From: Octopus vulgaris
Lineage: Eukaryota
Assembly: GCA_951406725.2 (NCBI GenBank)
Contig: OX597826.1
Coordinates: 11,284,001-11,348,000 of the forward strand
DNA length: 64,000 nucleotides
Reading direction: 5' to 3'
Shown: positions 40,100 to 54,735 of the stretch, piece after piece
Position numbering within the stretch: the first letter of the stretch is position 1
How the letters are laid out: every line of letters starts with the position of its first letter
Position numbers and translations under genes: made by a program
The notes under the pieces: generated by a model
What the model saw: only the letters and a program-made list of their open reading frames with translations
The model's database searches: none
Told to the model about the DNA's origin: nothing

Positions 40100-40664
40100 A
40101 TATATATATACATATATATTTCGCAATTTATTATATGAAGTCATGAGATTCTTACTCAATGAATATCCATTGCTGTTGATGGAACAGCTGTGATACTCAT
40201 CGACAAAAGACGTTGCAGATATATATATATCTATACGTATAGCACACAGAAACGTTAGCACACTGGACGAAGTGCTTAGCGGTATTTCGCCTGTCGCTAC
40301 GATCTGCGTTCAAATTTCGCCGAGGTCGACTTTGCCTTTAAACCTCTGACGGTTGATAAATTAAATACCAGTTGCATTAACTCTGAAATTGGGACCAATA
40401 CGGTAATAACGGAAGTTTTTTGAAATTTCTGACGGCTTGTTTCGAGACGCATGTTAATAGTGATAAATTATATGGTTATTGACAATTTGTCTATTTTCGG
40501 CATATTTGGCATTATAATTTTTTTCTTTTGCCCTTGTTTTATAAGTTATTTATAAATTTAACCTTTAAAAGTATTTTTTAATATGCTGGCCATTGAGGAA
40601 ATTTTTTTCGATAAATTTTATCCTATATTAGATGTATATATATATAAATACATACATACATTCA

Positions 40665-40745
<81 letters not shown>

Positions 40746-41292
40746 ACATGTATGCGAACACACACGCATACACACACACGATCCATAATCATTAGTTGTT
40801 TCAATGGAACTAGTAATTTTTTTATAGGATTGCACTTGTACGATTCAAATCCTAGCTCGTTGCCTGGAGCGTGTTCTTCAGATGGTTATTTCAAAAGGGG
40901 AACTCTTCATGTAAGTCCCCCGATAAAATCATGGGTTTTTCGCATGAGGCATTTGATGTAAACATCCATTGGAAGGACGAGATCATAGGCAAGGAGTAAT
41001 CGGGGAGAGTATTCAACGAGTGAGAGCAAGTAAGATTCATGGGAATGAAAAGTTAAAAGAATGTGTGGTCACTCAGCATGAAGGAATCATGGATACGTTG
41101 GAATAAAGATTTAATAGATAATCATCAGTTCATTGAATGGATTTAGGTTCTAATTTATAGGAAGACTCTGATATGATTTAAATCCTAAGTTGTTCGGGCT
41201 CTGTTCCTCGTTGAAACCGACGAAGGTCCATTTATTTTACCCTTGTGTTAGCTAATAGGGAGATAGAAAAGTAGTTGTTCAGTTGCTTATTA

Positions 41293-41857
41293 TTGGGTGT
41301 CCGGAAAGTTCGTGCCGATTTTTAAAGGAAAGAAAAACGTCAATAAATACTTGCCATTAGATTTTTAATCAACCAAATATGAACCATTTTGTTGCACAAT
41401 GCGTCTCCATCTTTCCTTTAACTTGAAAATACCCTCTTCCCAGAATTGAGGTGGTTTCATGGCAAAGAATTCATCAAGGTATCTTTTTACGTCATCCAAG
41501 GAATTGAAATTTTTACCATTAAGACTATTCTGCAGAGACCTGAATAAGTGGAAATCCGAAGGAGCAATATCTGTTGAATATGGAGGGTGGGGTAACATAT
41601 CTCAGCCGAGCTGCAGCAATTTTTGTCTGGTTCCCAAAGCATCAAGTGCCGAAAATGAACTTTCTTATCTTCCATTTTAAAGGGTTACAGAATTAACACA
41701 GGTTATAGGAACATAAACCTTCTTCCACAAAAAGATAGCTTAAACTGTGCTCTAAATGGAGGTGTAGTCAAATCCTATTTTATGGTCTCAACCATGTTCT
41801 AAAATAAGTCGAAAGGTAAGCTGCTATAAATCGGCACAAACTTTCCGGACAACCCAA
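41293..41857 (-). mobile_element. Internally deleted mariner transposon (565 bp)
   Basis: About 29-bp TIRs (TTGGGTGTCCGGAAAGTTCGTGCCGATTT / AAATCGGCACAAACTTTCCGGACAACCCAA) with TA on both sides. Transposase N-terminus MEDKKVHFRHLMLWE is joined to C-terminus LPHPPYSTDIAPSDFHLFRSLQNSL...WRRIVQQNGSYLVD (mariner YSPDLAPSD motif). Confidence 0.92.
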
Positions 41858-42069
41858 TACAATTTTTATCAAAGATAATGAAATCAGTGTCCTTACTTAA
41901 ATATTACGCACACACACACGTACACACATGCTTATACACGTACACTCATCTATATATACATATGCAGACGCACACTAATACATAGACACATACGCCCACA
42001 TCCGACGCACCCACAATGCACATGCATGAATATACACAAATTAACTGAACCGAATATATACGTACTTGC

Positions 42070-42640
42070 ATATAAACATAGACCCTTTATCGGTGTGCCC
42101 TAGATCAGAGAGCAACATCAGGCAACTGGGAGCATTACAAATCAGATCGCTCCAAAGTATCCTCGGTCACATGACAGGACATGGCAGGACAAGGTGCCTC
42201 ATACCAAAATCTTCCTGCGGGCTTGGATCTACAGCGTTGAGGCCTGCATCCTTCTTCGTTTCCTCCGCTGGACTAGTCATGTGATTCGGATGCTGGGTGA
42301 CCGACTCCAAAAGATGGTACTTCCATGGACATCGAGATAGGAATCATGGACGTCCAAAACTACGTTTTTAATGATGACCTTAAGCGGCCTCTCATTTTAT
42401 GCGGCGTCGCTTCCAATCGGTTGGAGGCTCTGGCGGTTAATCGGAAGGAATGGAAGGTCGTAAGGTCGAAGGAATTGAAGCGCTTTGAAACAGAACGCAG
42501 GAGATTTCATGGACAGAAGAGGAGACGTCGTTATCAACCCGTTGCAGTAGTTGTTTGGGGTCACTTTTACTACATGCAGTATCAAAGGATCTGTTCTTTT
42601 ATATCGTTTCTTTTTCAGTCACATCCACTCGCATAAGAAA
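42070..42640 (+). pseudogene. RTE-clade LINE ORF 3' fragment
   Basis: Frameshifted translation QIRSLQSILG..WQDKVPHTKIF..LRWTSHVIRM..GRPKLRF..DDLKR..EALAVNRKEWK, typical of the RTE C-terminal region. Confidence 0.75.
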
Positions 42641-43548
42641 GATGATCATGAATGCCCTGGATAGATGCTGTAATCACATTTAATAAGCTCAAGTTAATCA
42701 AGCGTATATACATATATATATTTATATGTATGTATGTATGTATGTATGCATGTATGTATGTATGTATGTTTGTATACATATATATATATGTATATATACA
42801 TATATGCCTTTACATGTGTGTGTACATGTGTGTGTGTGCATGTGTGTATATGTGTGTGTATACGTCCGTACTCGTATGTGTGTTTGTATGTATATGTGTA
42901 CTTCACAGTGTGTGTTAGTGAGTGCCCATATGTCTGTGTATCAATACATCTTGATTCCGAATCTCACTGCTAAAGAGAGGTTTTTACCTTGTCCAAAGTG
43001 CTTATTTTCTACGAAAAGTAAGATACCATGTTCCATGGTATCACAAAACATACAAACTCAGACACACACACACACATTCACAAACGTCCACACACACACA
43101 AGCACGTACGCACACACACACACACATATCACAGAGTTCCTCCGCATGCTTCATGTAGCAACCGAAGAACAATCTACGGATGAAATACAGTTAATTACGG
43201 ATTAATATTTAAATGTTTTGTATTTAATTCAGGTTCGTATGTAGGCGCAGGACTGGCTGTGTAGTAAGAAACTTGCTTCCCAACCACATGGTTCCGGTTT
43301 CAGTCCCACTGCGTGGCACCTTGAGCAAATGACTTCTACTATAGCCTCGGTCCGACCAACGCGTTGTAAGTGGATTTGGTAGACGGAATCTGAAAGAACA
43401 TATATACACATGTTTGTGTGTATGTTGTGTGTGTCTGTTTGTATGTGTATCTGATTGCATCTGTATGTGTGTGTGCGTGTGTGCCTACATGGAGATGTAC
43501 ATACAAATATATGCATACACACAAACACACACACACACACATATATGT

Positions 43549-43629
<81 letters not shown>

Positions 43630-43749
43630 CTTAATAATTAGGGTTCAGCAAAGATTTGCTTTACCGCATACCGAAGTTTAGAAATAGCAGCCAAGACCTT
43701 AGCTATTTCTTCTACTTTAAAAAGGGAATCCCAGAGAAACCAAAATACT

Positions 43750-43796
<47 letters not shown>

Positions 43797-43979
43797 TAGG
43801 TAGATAGATAGATATATACATATATACATATATACACAGACATATTACTATATATATATATATATATATTTGTAAATTTTCATATGCTTATATATTTATA
43901 CGCGTACACACAAAACTCACCTACACATTTATGCACACACAAACATACAATTGTCTGCTTGTGCGTGTGTGATGATGAA

Positions 43980-44049
<70 letters not shown>

Positions 44050-44306
44050 ACCTCTCTCTTCCGTCTCAATTTCCTCTTCCTCTCACCATTTCTCTTTCTT
44101 CCCATATCCAATTCTCTTTTCTTTTTAGGTATTTTGTCTAAGTATCTTCCTGTTGGTAACAGATGTGACTAAATGTGCTTTTTATGAGCGTATTCCGCTT
44201 TGGCGCACGCGCAGCTTTCCCACAACAACGGACGTTCGCGTTCAAACTGGCACATCTGTATGTATGTATGTATGTATGTATGTATGTATGTATGTATGTA
44301 TGTATG

Positions 44307-44368
<62 letters not shown>

Positions 44369-44451
44369 CATACACATACACACATATACACATACACACT
44401 TATCCAGGTATGCATTTGGGGCTGTATATACATACAGCTATAAATATATGC

Positions 44452-44491
<40 letters not shown>

Positions 44492-44592
44492 TCCCACACA
44501 CACACATACACACCAGTACTCTTGCAAAATATATACGTGTGTATATGAATCGACATATGTAGAAATACATATATGCATGCGCGTCAGTGTAT

Positions 44593-44661
<69 letters not shown>

Positions 44662-44731
44662 CATATATACATATGTGTGTGTGTGTGTGGCAAAGAGACG
44701 TACCTGCATATATATATATATACAGAAAGAC

Positions 44732-44779
<48 letters not shown>

Positions 44780-45172
44780 GTATATATGCATGTTTATACG
44801 ACTTAATTGTATATATGTCTAATTATCTGGCTGTCTCTCCACCCTCACCGATTCAATCCCCCACCCACACACACACATTATCATGCAGTCTACACTTATA
44901 TTGATACATTTTTAAGTATTCATCATAATTTAATTATTTTGTGTAGTTTAGAAGTATGAATATATTATATCGGTGCGCGCGCATTTATGTGTGTGTTTGT
45001 TGTGTGTATGTGTGTTTAGTGCGTGTGTGTGTGTTTGGTGCAGGTGTTTGTACGTATATATATATGTATATGAAGTTTTAAATAATATATATATGTGTCT
45101 GTGTGTGTGTGAATGTGAGTGTATGTGTACTTTTGATGAGAACATATATAAATCTCTCTCTCTCTTTATCTA

Positions 45173-45204
<32 letters not shown>

Positions 45205-45249
45205 TATATCTATATGTCTGTCTGTTTGTCTCTCTGCCTGCCTGCCTGC

Positions 45250-45294
<45 letters not shown>

Positions 45295-45338
45295 CATCTC
45301 TCTCTCTCTCTCTCTCTATCTATCTCTCTATTTCTCTA

Positions 45339-45453
<115 letters not shown>

Positions 45454-45467
45454 GTCTACCTTTCTCA

Positions 45468-45509
<42 letters not shown>

Positions 45510-45997
45510 CTATATATATATCTATATATCTTTCTATCTATCTATATGTGTTTTAATATTAGTGAGTGTGTGTGTGTGTGTGGCGGGAGTGTTTGTGTCT
45601 ATTTTAATGTCCATCAATATTTTCCTTCTATATTTATGCGTACATTTGAAACATTTTAGCATTTTATTTTAGCATTACATTATCCTAAATTATCTTTCTA
45701 CTACTTTCAAATGCCGTTATATGCTTATGCGTGTGTATACTTGTGTCTGTGCATATGTATAACTGTGTAACATATATGATTATGTGAGTTTGTGTATGTG
45801 TGTGCATGTGTATGTGAGTGTGTGTGTGTATGTGTATGCGCGTGCCCGTGTGTGTGTACGTGTGTGCATACGCGTGTATGTGCGTGTGTTTGTGCATATG
45901 TATGTAACGTAGGATATCTGTTTATGAGCACAATTTTACATATGTTAACTACTTAATTTCAGTTATAGCTTTTTATTATGTATTCTGAAAGGATGGC

Positions 45998-46410
45998 CCT
46001 CTTTTACTCTTTTACTTGTTTCAGTCATTTGACTGCGGCCATGCTGGAGCACCACCTTTAGTCGAGCAAATCGACCCCAGGAATTATTCTTCGTAAGACT
46101 AGTACTTATTCTATGGGTCTCTTTAGCCGAACCGCTAAGTTACAGGGACGTAAACACACCAGCATCGGTTGTCAAGCGATGTTGGGGGGGGGGGGACAGA
46201 CACAGACTCACAAACACACACACGTATATATACACATATACATATATACGATGGGCTTCTTTCAGTTCCTGTTTACCAAATCCACTCACAAGGCTTTGGT
46301 CGGCCTGAGGCTATAGTAGAAGACACTTGCCGAAAGTGCCACGCAGTGGGACTGAACCCGGAACCATGTGGTTGGTAAGAAAGCTACTTACCACTCAGCC
46401 ACTCATGCGC
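45998..46410 (-). mobile_element. Full-length SINE family B
   Basis: Reverse-strand full match. Confidence 0.9.
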
Positions 46411-47206
46411 ATCAGTTTTCTGTCCTTGTTATAGTACAACCACAACTGCCCATTACCACCACAACCACTATTACTACCACAACCACCATCACTACCACAA
46501 CCAACAGCACCACATCACCACCGCCGCTGTCACCAGCACCAGCACCACCAGCACCAGCACCAGCACCAGCACCAGCACCAGCACCAGCACCAGCACCACC
46601 ACAACCACCACCACCACCACCACCACCACCACCACCACCACTACCACCACCACTACCACCGCAACCATCACTACCATCCCGACCACCACCACCGCCGCCA
46701 CGACAACAACGACGACGACGACCATCACCACCACCACCACCACCAGCACCGCGTTACCTCTGCAAACATCACCATGCATATGTGTGAGCGAATCGATCTC
46801 TGTGCGTATCTACGCATGTGAGTGTGAGTGAATCATTCTGTGTTCATGTGTGTGTGTGTGTGTACTTGTGTGTATGTACTTGTGTGTGTATGTCTCCTCG
46901 CGTGTGAATGGGAATTGATATGTTGAAGGTTGAATAAGAAGAAATCTACTCAGTAACGTAACTGAAGTGTCAGTGATAGATAGATAGTTAATGATGATAA
47001 AGACGGCGAGAGGGACTTTAAGCAAAATACATACACCAGCCTGTGTATCTAAAGGCGTGAAATTGTGAGGATGTTTTGGACGATAACTGACGAGGAATGA
47101 GCATCGTCACGTCTCATGTGTTAATTTTCCGTTTGTTCCTTTGCTGTGATTCTACTTAAATTTTAGAACTATATATGTATATATATATATATACATATAT
47201 ATATAC

Positions 47207-47241
<35 letters not shown>

Positions 47242-47599
47242 ACGGGAAGCTTCTTTATGAAAATAAACAAAAGACGAAGGCAGGTGGAAAACAAACGAAC
47301 AATTGTATTAGTGGTGGGCGAACATCATGTTTCTGGATTATAAACATATTGAATATATATTTCATATATAATATATATTTCATATATATTGCATATATAA
47401 CATCCTTCTTCAGCTACAGCTCTTCCAACAGAAAGATTTATCACAGATTTATCAAATGCTAGAAAAACACCAGCAACATCAAAATATTTGAAGAAAGTGT
47501 GCAAAAGCTAAACCTACATAACGTTTGAATCGTAAATCTTCCCACATAAATATATATACATACATACATAAATATTATATATTATATATATATGGGTTG

Positions 47600-47644
<45 letters not shown>

Positions 47645-47782
47645 CATGTATGTATGTGTATATGTATAGTAAACTTTTGCAGAAAAAACCCCAAATTATT
47701 TACTGGTAGAATTCGGTATGTAAATATAGCCGATTACTCGAACATTTAATGCGGTCAAGCAACCTGTTGCCTGTCCCTTTTC

Positions 47783-47836
<54 letters not shown>

Positions 47837-48196
47837 TGATAATATACACGTGGTTGTCGTGGAAAGATATGAATCTGACTTATCTTTAGTATATATGTGC
47901 AAACATTTGTATGTAGACAAGCGAATCTGCTTTGTACGGATATGTATAATTATTTGTATATATATTCCCGTGTATTGCGTTGACGAAGGAAAAAAGATTT
48001 TTTATGGTTTTATCCCGGAAATTGGAGCCAATTCACAATTAACGTGAAATCTTTTTTGATATGTTTTTACTCACCCAACTACAACCTGTCTTTTTTTGAG
48101 TTATTCGGTAGTTTCTTAGTGCTTTGGCATTTCAAGCATATAGGCCAGGTCGTTTTGCCCTGCTCCTTTGTTATAAGTGAATGGTAATAAATCTAT

Positions 48197-48768
48197 TACT
48201 AATAATATAGGATAAAAGTTTTTTCAGAAAAAATTTCATCAAAAGTGGCAGCATATTAAAATACCTATAAAGGGGTACTTAGGGACTGGTAACCACTATA
48301 AGTTGTGGTTCAGAATAGTTCACACGTGTACTGAGGCTGGCTAAAGGATTTTACATTTAGATATAACTGGGGTACTTATGTGTACACTTAACCCTTGCTT
48401 TTGCTCTTTTCCATCGGTGCGTGTATGTATTTCATTTATTTCTTATCGTATTTTCTACTGAAGAGGGAAAAATCCATAGGATTTATCCCGAAATTGATTC
48501 AATATAGAAATAACGGACATTTTAAAAAGATTCTTTTAGCTCGCTTTCCTCGATTTCAGCACGACGTATATCTATAGTGAATGTATATCATAAATGTGGA
48601 AATTGGTGATTAAAAGTCTGTTCTCAGCATATTGGCATAGAAATAATTCTTCTATTGCCATTGTTTATAAGTTGTTTATAATTTTAACCTTTAAAGGTAT
48701 TTTAATATCCTGCCACTTTTGATGAAATTTGTTTCTGAAAAACATTTTATCCTATATTATTATTAGTA
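48197..48768. mobile_element. MITE-like element with about 80-bp imperfect terminal inverted repeats
   Basis: TACTAATAATATAGGATAAAAGTTTTTTCAGAAAAAATTTCATCAAAAGTGGCAG... is mirrored by ...CTGCCACTTTTGATGAAATTTGTTTCTGAAAAACATTTTATCCTATATTATTATTAGTA. A related right end lies at about 40500-40631. Confidence 0.75.
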
Positions 48769-48957
48769 TATATATATAATTCGGTGCGAATGGTTTTTTC
48801 ATATGGCGCCATTCTTACATTCCTGTAAATGATAATAATGATATTTTTATGTAAGCTTAAAGCTTATGGCGGTCACCGTGCAATGACTAAGGAAAATAGT
48901 CTAATAAATGGGCATATGAGTCCTCGAAAGACATACACACACACATACATACATACA

Positions 48958-49022
<65 letters not shown>

Positions 49023-49090
49023 GTTTATATATTTAGGCAAAAATAGAAAAAATTATTGGCTAAACTGGTAAAATGACCATTCCGAAATAT

Positions 49091-49169
<79 letters not shown>

Positions 49170-49307
49170 TATACATATATATACATGTATACATATATAT
49201 ACATATTTGTATGGTTGTGTGTTTGTGTATGTACATATATATGCACTTATACATATAAGAATTCGTATATGTATTTCATATATTTATCTATACACATACA
49301 CGTACAT

Positions 49308-50362
49308 ATGAGGAAGTACCCAAAAGTAAACGGAAACGTTCTCTGTGGGCCAAGCCCATTGTAGTTTAGGCTTTCGTCGCAAGAAGCCAGTTGATGCAAC
49401 CCTCAGGCATCAGTGTGCCAACAGGCGTTGTCGGGTGATGCATTGCCACGAACTGCGTCTTTGCTTTGCAGTGCCTCTCCTCTGTTCGTTGATTTTCACG
49501 ATGGCTGAAACAAAGGAGCAGCGTGCTTCCGTAAAATTCTGCCGGAGAAAATGGGACAGGGGGGAAGAAACAGTTGTCATGCATCAAACACCTTACAAGG
49601 ACGTTGCCATGAGCAAAACACAAGTTTATGAGTGGTTTTCAATCTTTAGGATTGATGACTCGTCGCTCGAAGACTAATCTCGACCGTCGACCTCCCGAAC
49701 GAATGAAAACATCATGAAAATTCATGAACTGACCCTGGAGGACTGTCGCCGAACAATTGGCAAATTTGTTGATATGACTGGTGTTTCCAGGAACTGCTGC
49801 CAATGAATATTGAGCGAGGAATTGCGAATGAAAAGAGTTGCAGCAAAATTTTGTATTTCGTTTACTCACGGAAGATCAAAAGCTGAATGCGTGTCATTGA
49901 ACTGAAAGAATATTAAGAAGTCGATCCGGACCTTTTTTCGAAGGTCATCACTGGTGATGAAAGCTGATGGTACAGCTACGACCCGGAAACGAAGTAGCAA
50001 TCAAGTCAATGGAAGTATTCGATGTCACCACGCTCCCAAGAAGCGCGTCGAGTGAAGTCCGATGTCAAAGACAAGGCTGATTTGTTTCATCGATGCGGAA
50101 GAAATTATCTACACAGAGTTTGTTCTTCCTGTTCAAGCTGTTACTCAGACATTCTATTTAACAGTTCTGAAGCATCTGTAAAACTCGGTGAGACGAAAAC
50201 GCCTCGACCTGTGGCAAAGTGGAGATTGGTGGTTACATCACATCAAGGCGCTTGCGCACACCGCCTTGAGTGTGAGGCAGTTTTTGACCCAAAATGGCAT
50301 GACCCCTCTTACCAAACCGCTCTATTGACCCAGTCTTGCTCCCTGCAAGTTGTTTTTTTTTC
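49308..50362 (+). mobile_element. Decayed, 3'-truncated mariner element (transposase pseudogene from about 49501)
   Basis: TA-TGAGGAAGTACCCAAAAGTAAACGGAA terminus; MAETKEQRASVKFC...MSKTQVYEWF; KVITGDES*WYSYDPETK*QSSQWK motif; multiple stops and frameshifts. Confidence 0.85.
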
Positions 50363-50488
50363 CGATCCCTTTTGATCGAAATTTTACATTTGTTTCCTTT
50401 TTTTTCTTTTTCCTTTTCCATCTTCGAAAAGAAAAGCTCTACATTTGTATTTGTCCCCTCTGTGTCCAGCCCTGTGTGGCCAATAAAG

Positions 50489-50489
<1 letters not shown>
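50363..50489 (+). mobile_element. 3' terminus of a LINE-like element followed by (ATCT)n
   Basis: CGATCCCTTTTGATCG...AAAAGAAAAGCTCTAC...TGTCCCCTCTGTGTCCAGCCCTGTGTGGCCAATAAAG then (ATCT)n; a homologous longer copy lies at about 54100-54407. Confidence 0.55.
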
Positions 50490-50573
<84 letters not shown>

Positions 50574-50589
50574 CATCCATCCATCCATC

Positions 50590-50735
<146 letters not shown>

Positions 50736-51328
50736 TTACCTATCCTTTCGGCTTCTTTATTGGCTTCATTCATTGAACTGTAGCGATATTAAAAATGTCT
50801 GTTCGCGATAACAGCTACCTAAATATTTTTTGCCGAATACTAGAGTCTTGTCTTTGATTTTGTTTTCAGTTCGCATAGGTGAACGTAGACAAGGTGTGTA
50901 ATAGTTCTAACAAAACTTGGTGCTAAATAGGTCTTCATAGTACTAGTACACCCTAGTCTATGTTATTGCATCCTCAACAATTGCTGTATGATATATATTG
51001 AAAAGGGAGGAGTCTAGACACAATACTACTTAACATAGTTGGTCACTTCGAATGAACCTCGTATCTATACTCTCGAAAAGCTCAACGAAAACTTCAGGGC
51101 ACACATAGTGACTCAGATTCTACCATAATCCCTTTCTGTTCATTGTGTCAAAAAATGCATGCATTGGCATATTCTGTGTCGTGCATTTCTCTTGAATTTG
51201 GCGAAATGTGAATATCATGTCAATAGTACTTCATCCAGCTCTGAATCCGTATTACGTTTCAAATAGGATTTCCAAAGAAAAGTGGTTCTTAAGTCTGTTC
51301 AGGAGTATTTTGACAAACATATTTCCTG

Positions 51329-51360
<32 letters not shown>

Positions 51361-51361
<1 letters not shown>

Positions 51362-51547
51362 CGTTAGCCACTACACACATTTTTTTCTCTCCTTGTTTCT
51401 CTCCTTGTTTTTTTCTGTGTCCCTTTCTGTAGAAGAACGTAGGCTCGAAACGTAAAAGACTTTTTCTATTCCTGAGCGTTATACTAATACGTCTGTTTGT
51501 TTTGTATACCACCTGTATTCGTCTTTTGTTTTTTTTCGTAAACTCTC

Positions 51548-51549
<2 letters not shown>
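51361..51549 (+). mobile_element. Second copy of the (TA)n-embedded mini-element; hammerhead-like motif 51423-51458
   Basis: Same 5' end (TCGTTAGCCACTACACAC) and 3' end (AAACTYTCCC then TA repeat) as 4793-4966; CTTT-CTGTAGA-A-GAAC GTAG GCTC-GAAACGTA-AAAG. Confidence 0.65.
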
Positions 51550-51610
<61 letters not shown>

Positions 51611-53266
51611 CACAAACATGTATGTAATTTTGTGGATGCATATATTTATCAGTGAATTAAAAGAAAGTTCTTCAAAACTGCATTCGCCTCCTCGTTCCTC
51701 ATGTAACCAAAGACTATTCTTTTATACTTTTATTCTTTTACTTGTTTCAGTCATTTGATTGCAGCCAAGCTGGAGCACCGCCCTGAATTTTCAGTCAAAT
51801 CGACCCCAGGACTTATTCTTTGTAAGCCTGGTACTTATTCTATCGGTTTCTTTTTTCTCTCGCATTAAACACATTTTATGGAATGATGGTGCCGAAGTAA
51901 GGCATGCGTGGTCCATTGGTGGGATATATACAACAACAAAACAATGTAATTTAAATTTTTACTCCCACTTCAATCAAGCGAAACCGTGAGTATGTGTAAG
52001 GAAAAAACGTTTTGCAACAGAAAAGTATGCTATTAAAATGAATTATCGTTTACATACCGCTTTTTAAAAAAATAACTGTGGATAAATGCCAGCTATGACT
52101 TTCTCAGGCTCTCCTATGTTTTAAATTATAAACAGAAACAACCGGAAACAACAGAAACAATTTTTTCACATTTTTATAACATATAAATGTATTTTCACAT
52201 TTTTATAGCATATAAATGTATTTATGGGGAGAGAATATTGAAAAGCTTTAATACAATCGACCGTGGGAAAGAAACGAGGAGGGTTGTCTTAGGATGAAGT
52301 AGAAACCTCAGCCAAATCTCCTTTAAATCGCTCAATTTTCCCTCTGAAAATATTAAGAATTTTCAAAATATATTTTTACCGAAATGGCTCCTGTCATGGC
52401 TTTGCAGTGAAAAAAAAAAGAAAAAGGAAAAAAAAAATGGCCAAATCGGTCCGGAGTGGGATGATGAGGGGGCCAGGTTCTACAAAAAAAAGTTTCAAAA
52501 CTTTTTTTCTATAACAAGATACCCCTCCTCATCACATCGAAGGCAGTGATTAAAAAGAAATGGGAAAAAATCCCCATCAAAACGTGGTTGCAACTTATTT
52601 GGTCTTCTTGATCCGAAACTCTGTTTTTTCGAAACTCGTCTCCCGATCAATTTCGGAACATATTTTCCCGACAAATTTCTTTATAATCGTAATCTATTCC
52701 GTTTGAAAAGTATTTCAGTAAAATTTCATTAAAAATATCCATTTTCCTGAAAGTTATGAAGAAAAAAAGTCAGATCGTGTGAATTTTCCGAAACTCTTCT
52801 CCACCACCCCTTCGGAAAAATTATTTCCCATAAATCCCTATAAACTCTGCATCCACAGCATTTAAGCGGTATTTGTTGAAGATTTCGTATGTATGCATGT
52901 ATGTATGCATGCCTGAAATGTATGTATGGCGCACTGCTATAATGGCAACTGTTCCTTTCCGTTGGCTGGACTTATATCTCCCCCAAACCAAGCGTCCCTG
53001 ATTAACTCATCGCTCAACTCAAGTCATTTTTATTGCGTCCGTCCCACTCCTTAGAACATCAGTCGTAGCTCGTGTCCTTTTTACAAGAGACATGAGCTCT
53101 AGCCATGGCTTTTGAAGAGCTTCGGTCACCCAATGAAGAAGCAGGGGTAACACCCCTCCTCTACGCATTACATATTTTAGAATAAAGTGTGGACCAGTGA
53201 TCCTGTGGTCGGGTGATTAGCTCAGAGACAGAAAAAGAGAGGAAGAGAGAGAAAGTGGAAGGGTGG

Positions 53267-53302
<36 letters not shown>

Positions 53303-53464
53303 AAGATAGTGAGAGAGGGGGAATAGAGTGAGTGAAATGAGACCGAGAGAGAGAGAGAGATAGGAGGAAGAGAAACTTAAAATGATGCCCAGGAATCGTA
53401 ATTATCTAAAATTCAGACTTCGTATTTCTAAAAGATCATGATTCACTGTGTGAGTATCTATCTG

Positions 53465-53935
53465 TCTATGTATGTATGTATGTATGTATGCATGAAATGT
53501 ATGTATGTATGTATGTATGTATGTATGTATGTATGTATGTATGTATGTATGTATGTATGTATGTATGTATGTATGTATGCATGCCTGAAATGTATGTATG
53601 CATGTATGTATGTATGTGTGTGTATGCATGCATGTATGTATGCATGCATGTATGTATGTGCATGTGCATGCATGAAATGTATGCATGTATGTATGTATGC
53701 ATGTATTATTATGTATGCATGCATGAAATGTATGTATGTATGTATTATGTATGCATGCATGAAATGTATGTATGTATGTATGTATGTAAGTATGTATGTA
53801 TGTATGTATGTATGCATGTTTGTCTGTATGTATGTATGTATGTATGTATGTATGTATGTATGTATGTATGCATGCATGTATGTATGTATGCATAAATGTA
53901 TGCATGTTTGTCTGTATGTATGTATGCATGCATCT
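53465..53935. repeat. (TATG)n array with recurring higher-order unit GCATGAAATGTATG
   Basis: Directly visible; a short piece of the same array occurs at about 52888-52928. Confidence 0.9.
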
Positions 53936-54099
53936 AAAGTGAGAGTAGAGAGGCAAGTTTTGTCTAGCGAATGTTTAAAAAAAGATGGGTGAATGTAGCA
54001 AGGATGGCACATATGAATGATGAAGCCACATTGAGCAAAATCCTATGAACCCAGAAAAATTGAAAACAGAGGGTTACCTACTTGCAAACAAATGTGGTA

Positions 54100-54407
54100 A
54101 CATGTAACATTATTGACCGAGGTTACCGTGGTCTATTCCGCAGGCTTTTCTTTCCACGGATAAACCTTATCTGCTTCCCCCTTTACACTTTACATCCTGA
54201 CATTTCTGTGATATACGATCCCTATTGATCGTTTCTTTCCTTTTCTTTTTTTTTGTTTCCCCCCTTTTTTTCTTTTCTTTTTTCTTTCCCTTTTACGATC
54301 CCTTTTGATCGAAAACCTACCCCACTTTTTTGTTTCCCCAAAAAAGAAAAGCTCTACTTGGTAATCTGTCCCGTCTGTGTGCAGCCCTGAGTGGTTAATA
54401 AAGAAAC
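54100..54407 (+). mobile_element. Longer 3' terminus of the same LINE-like element followed by (ATCT)n
   Basis: Shares CGATCCCTTTTGATCG, AAAAGAAAAGCTCTAC and TGTCCC.TCTGTGT.CAGCCCTG.GTGG..AATAAAG with 50363-50489. Confidence 0.55.
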
Positions 54408-54408
54408 A

Positions 54409-54508
<100 letters not shown>

Positions 54509-54657
54509 AGTATAAACATAATGGTAAATTGCATCTGTATTTAATATGCCTACACATATATGTATTTATATATGTATGTTTGTAGGTATGTATGTATGTA
54601 TGTATATATATATATATATATATATCATACATATATATATATATGCATATATATATG

Positions 54658-54735
<78 letters not shown>

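Noticed and set aside
40790-40890. CTGAAGA...GAAAC on the minus strand
   Set aside because: Stems II and III cannot be formed convincingly.
44160-44258. CAGATGTG...CACATCTG short inverted ends
   Set aside because: Only 8 bp of match and a single copy; insufficient for a MITE call.
46455-46750. Proline/alanine-rich ORF (PAPAPA, poly-P)
   Set aside because: (ACC)n/(CCAGCA)n microsatellite with no convincing splice or domain context.
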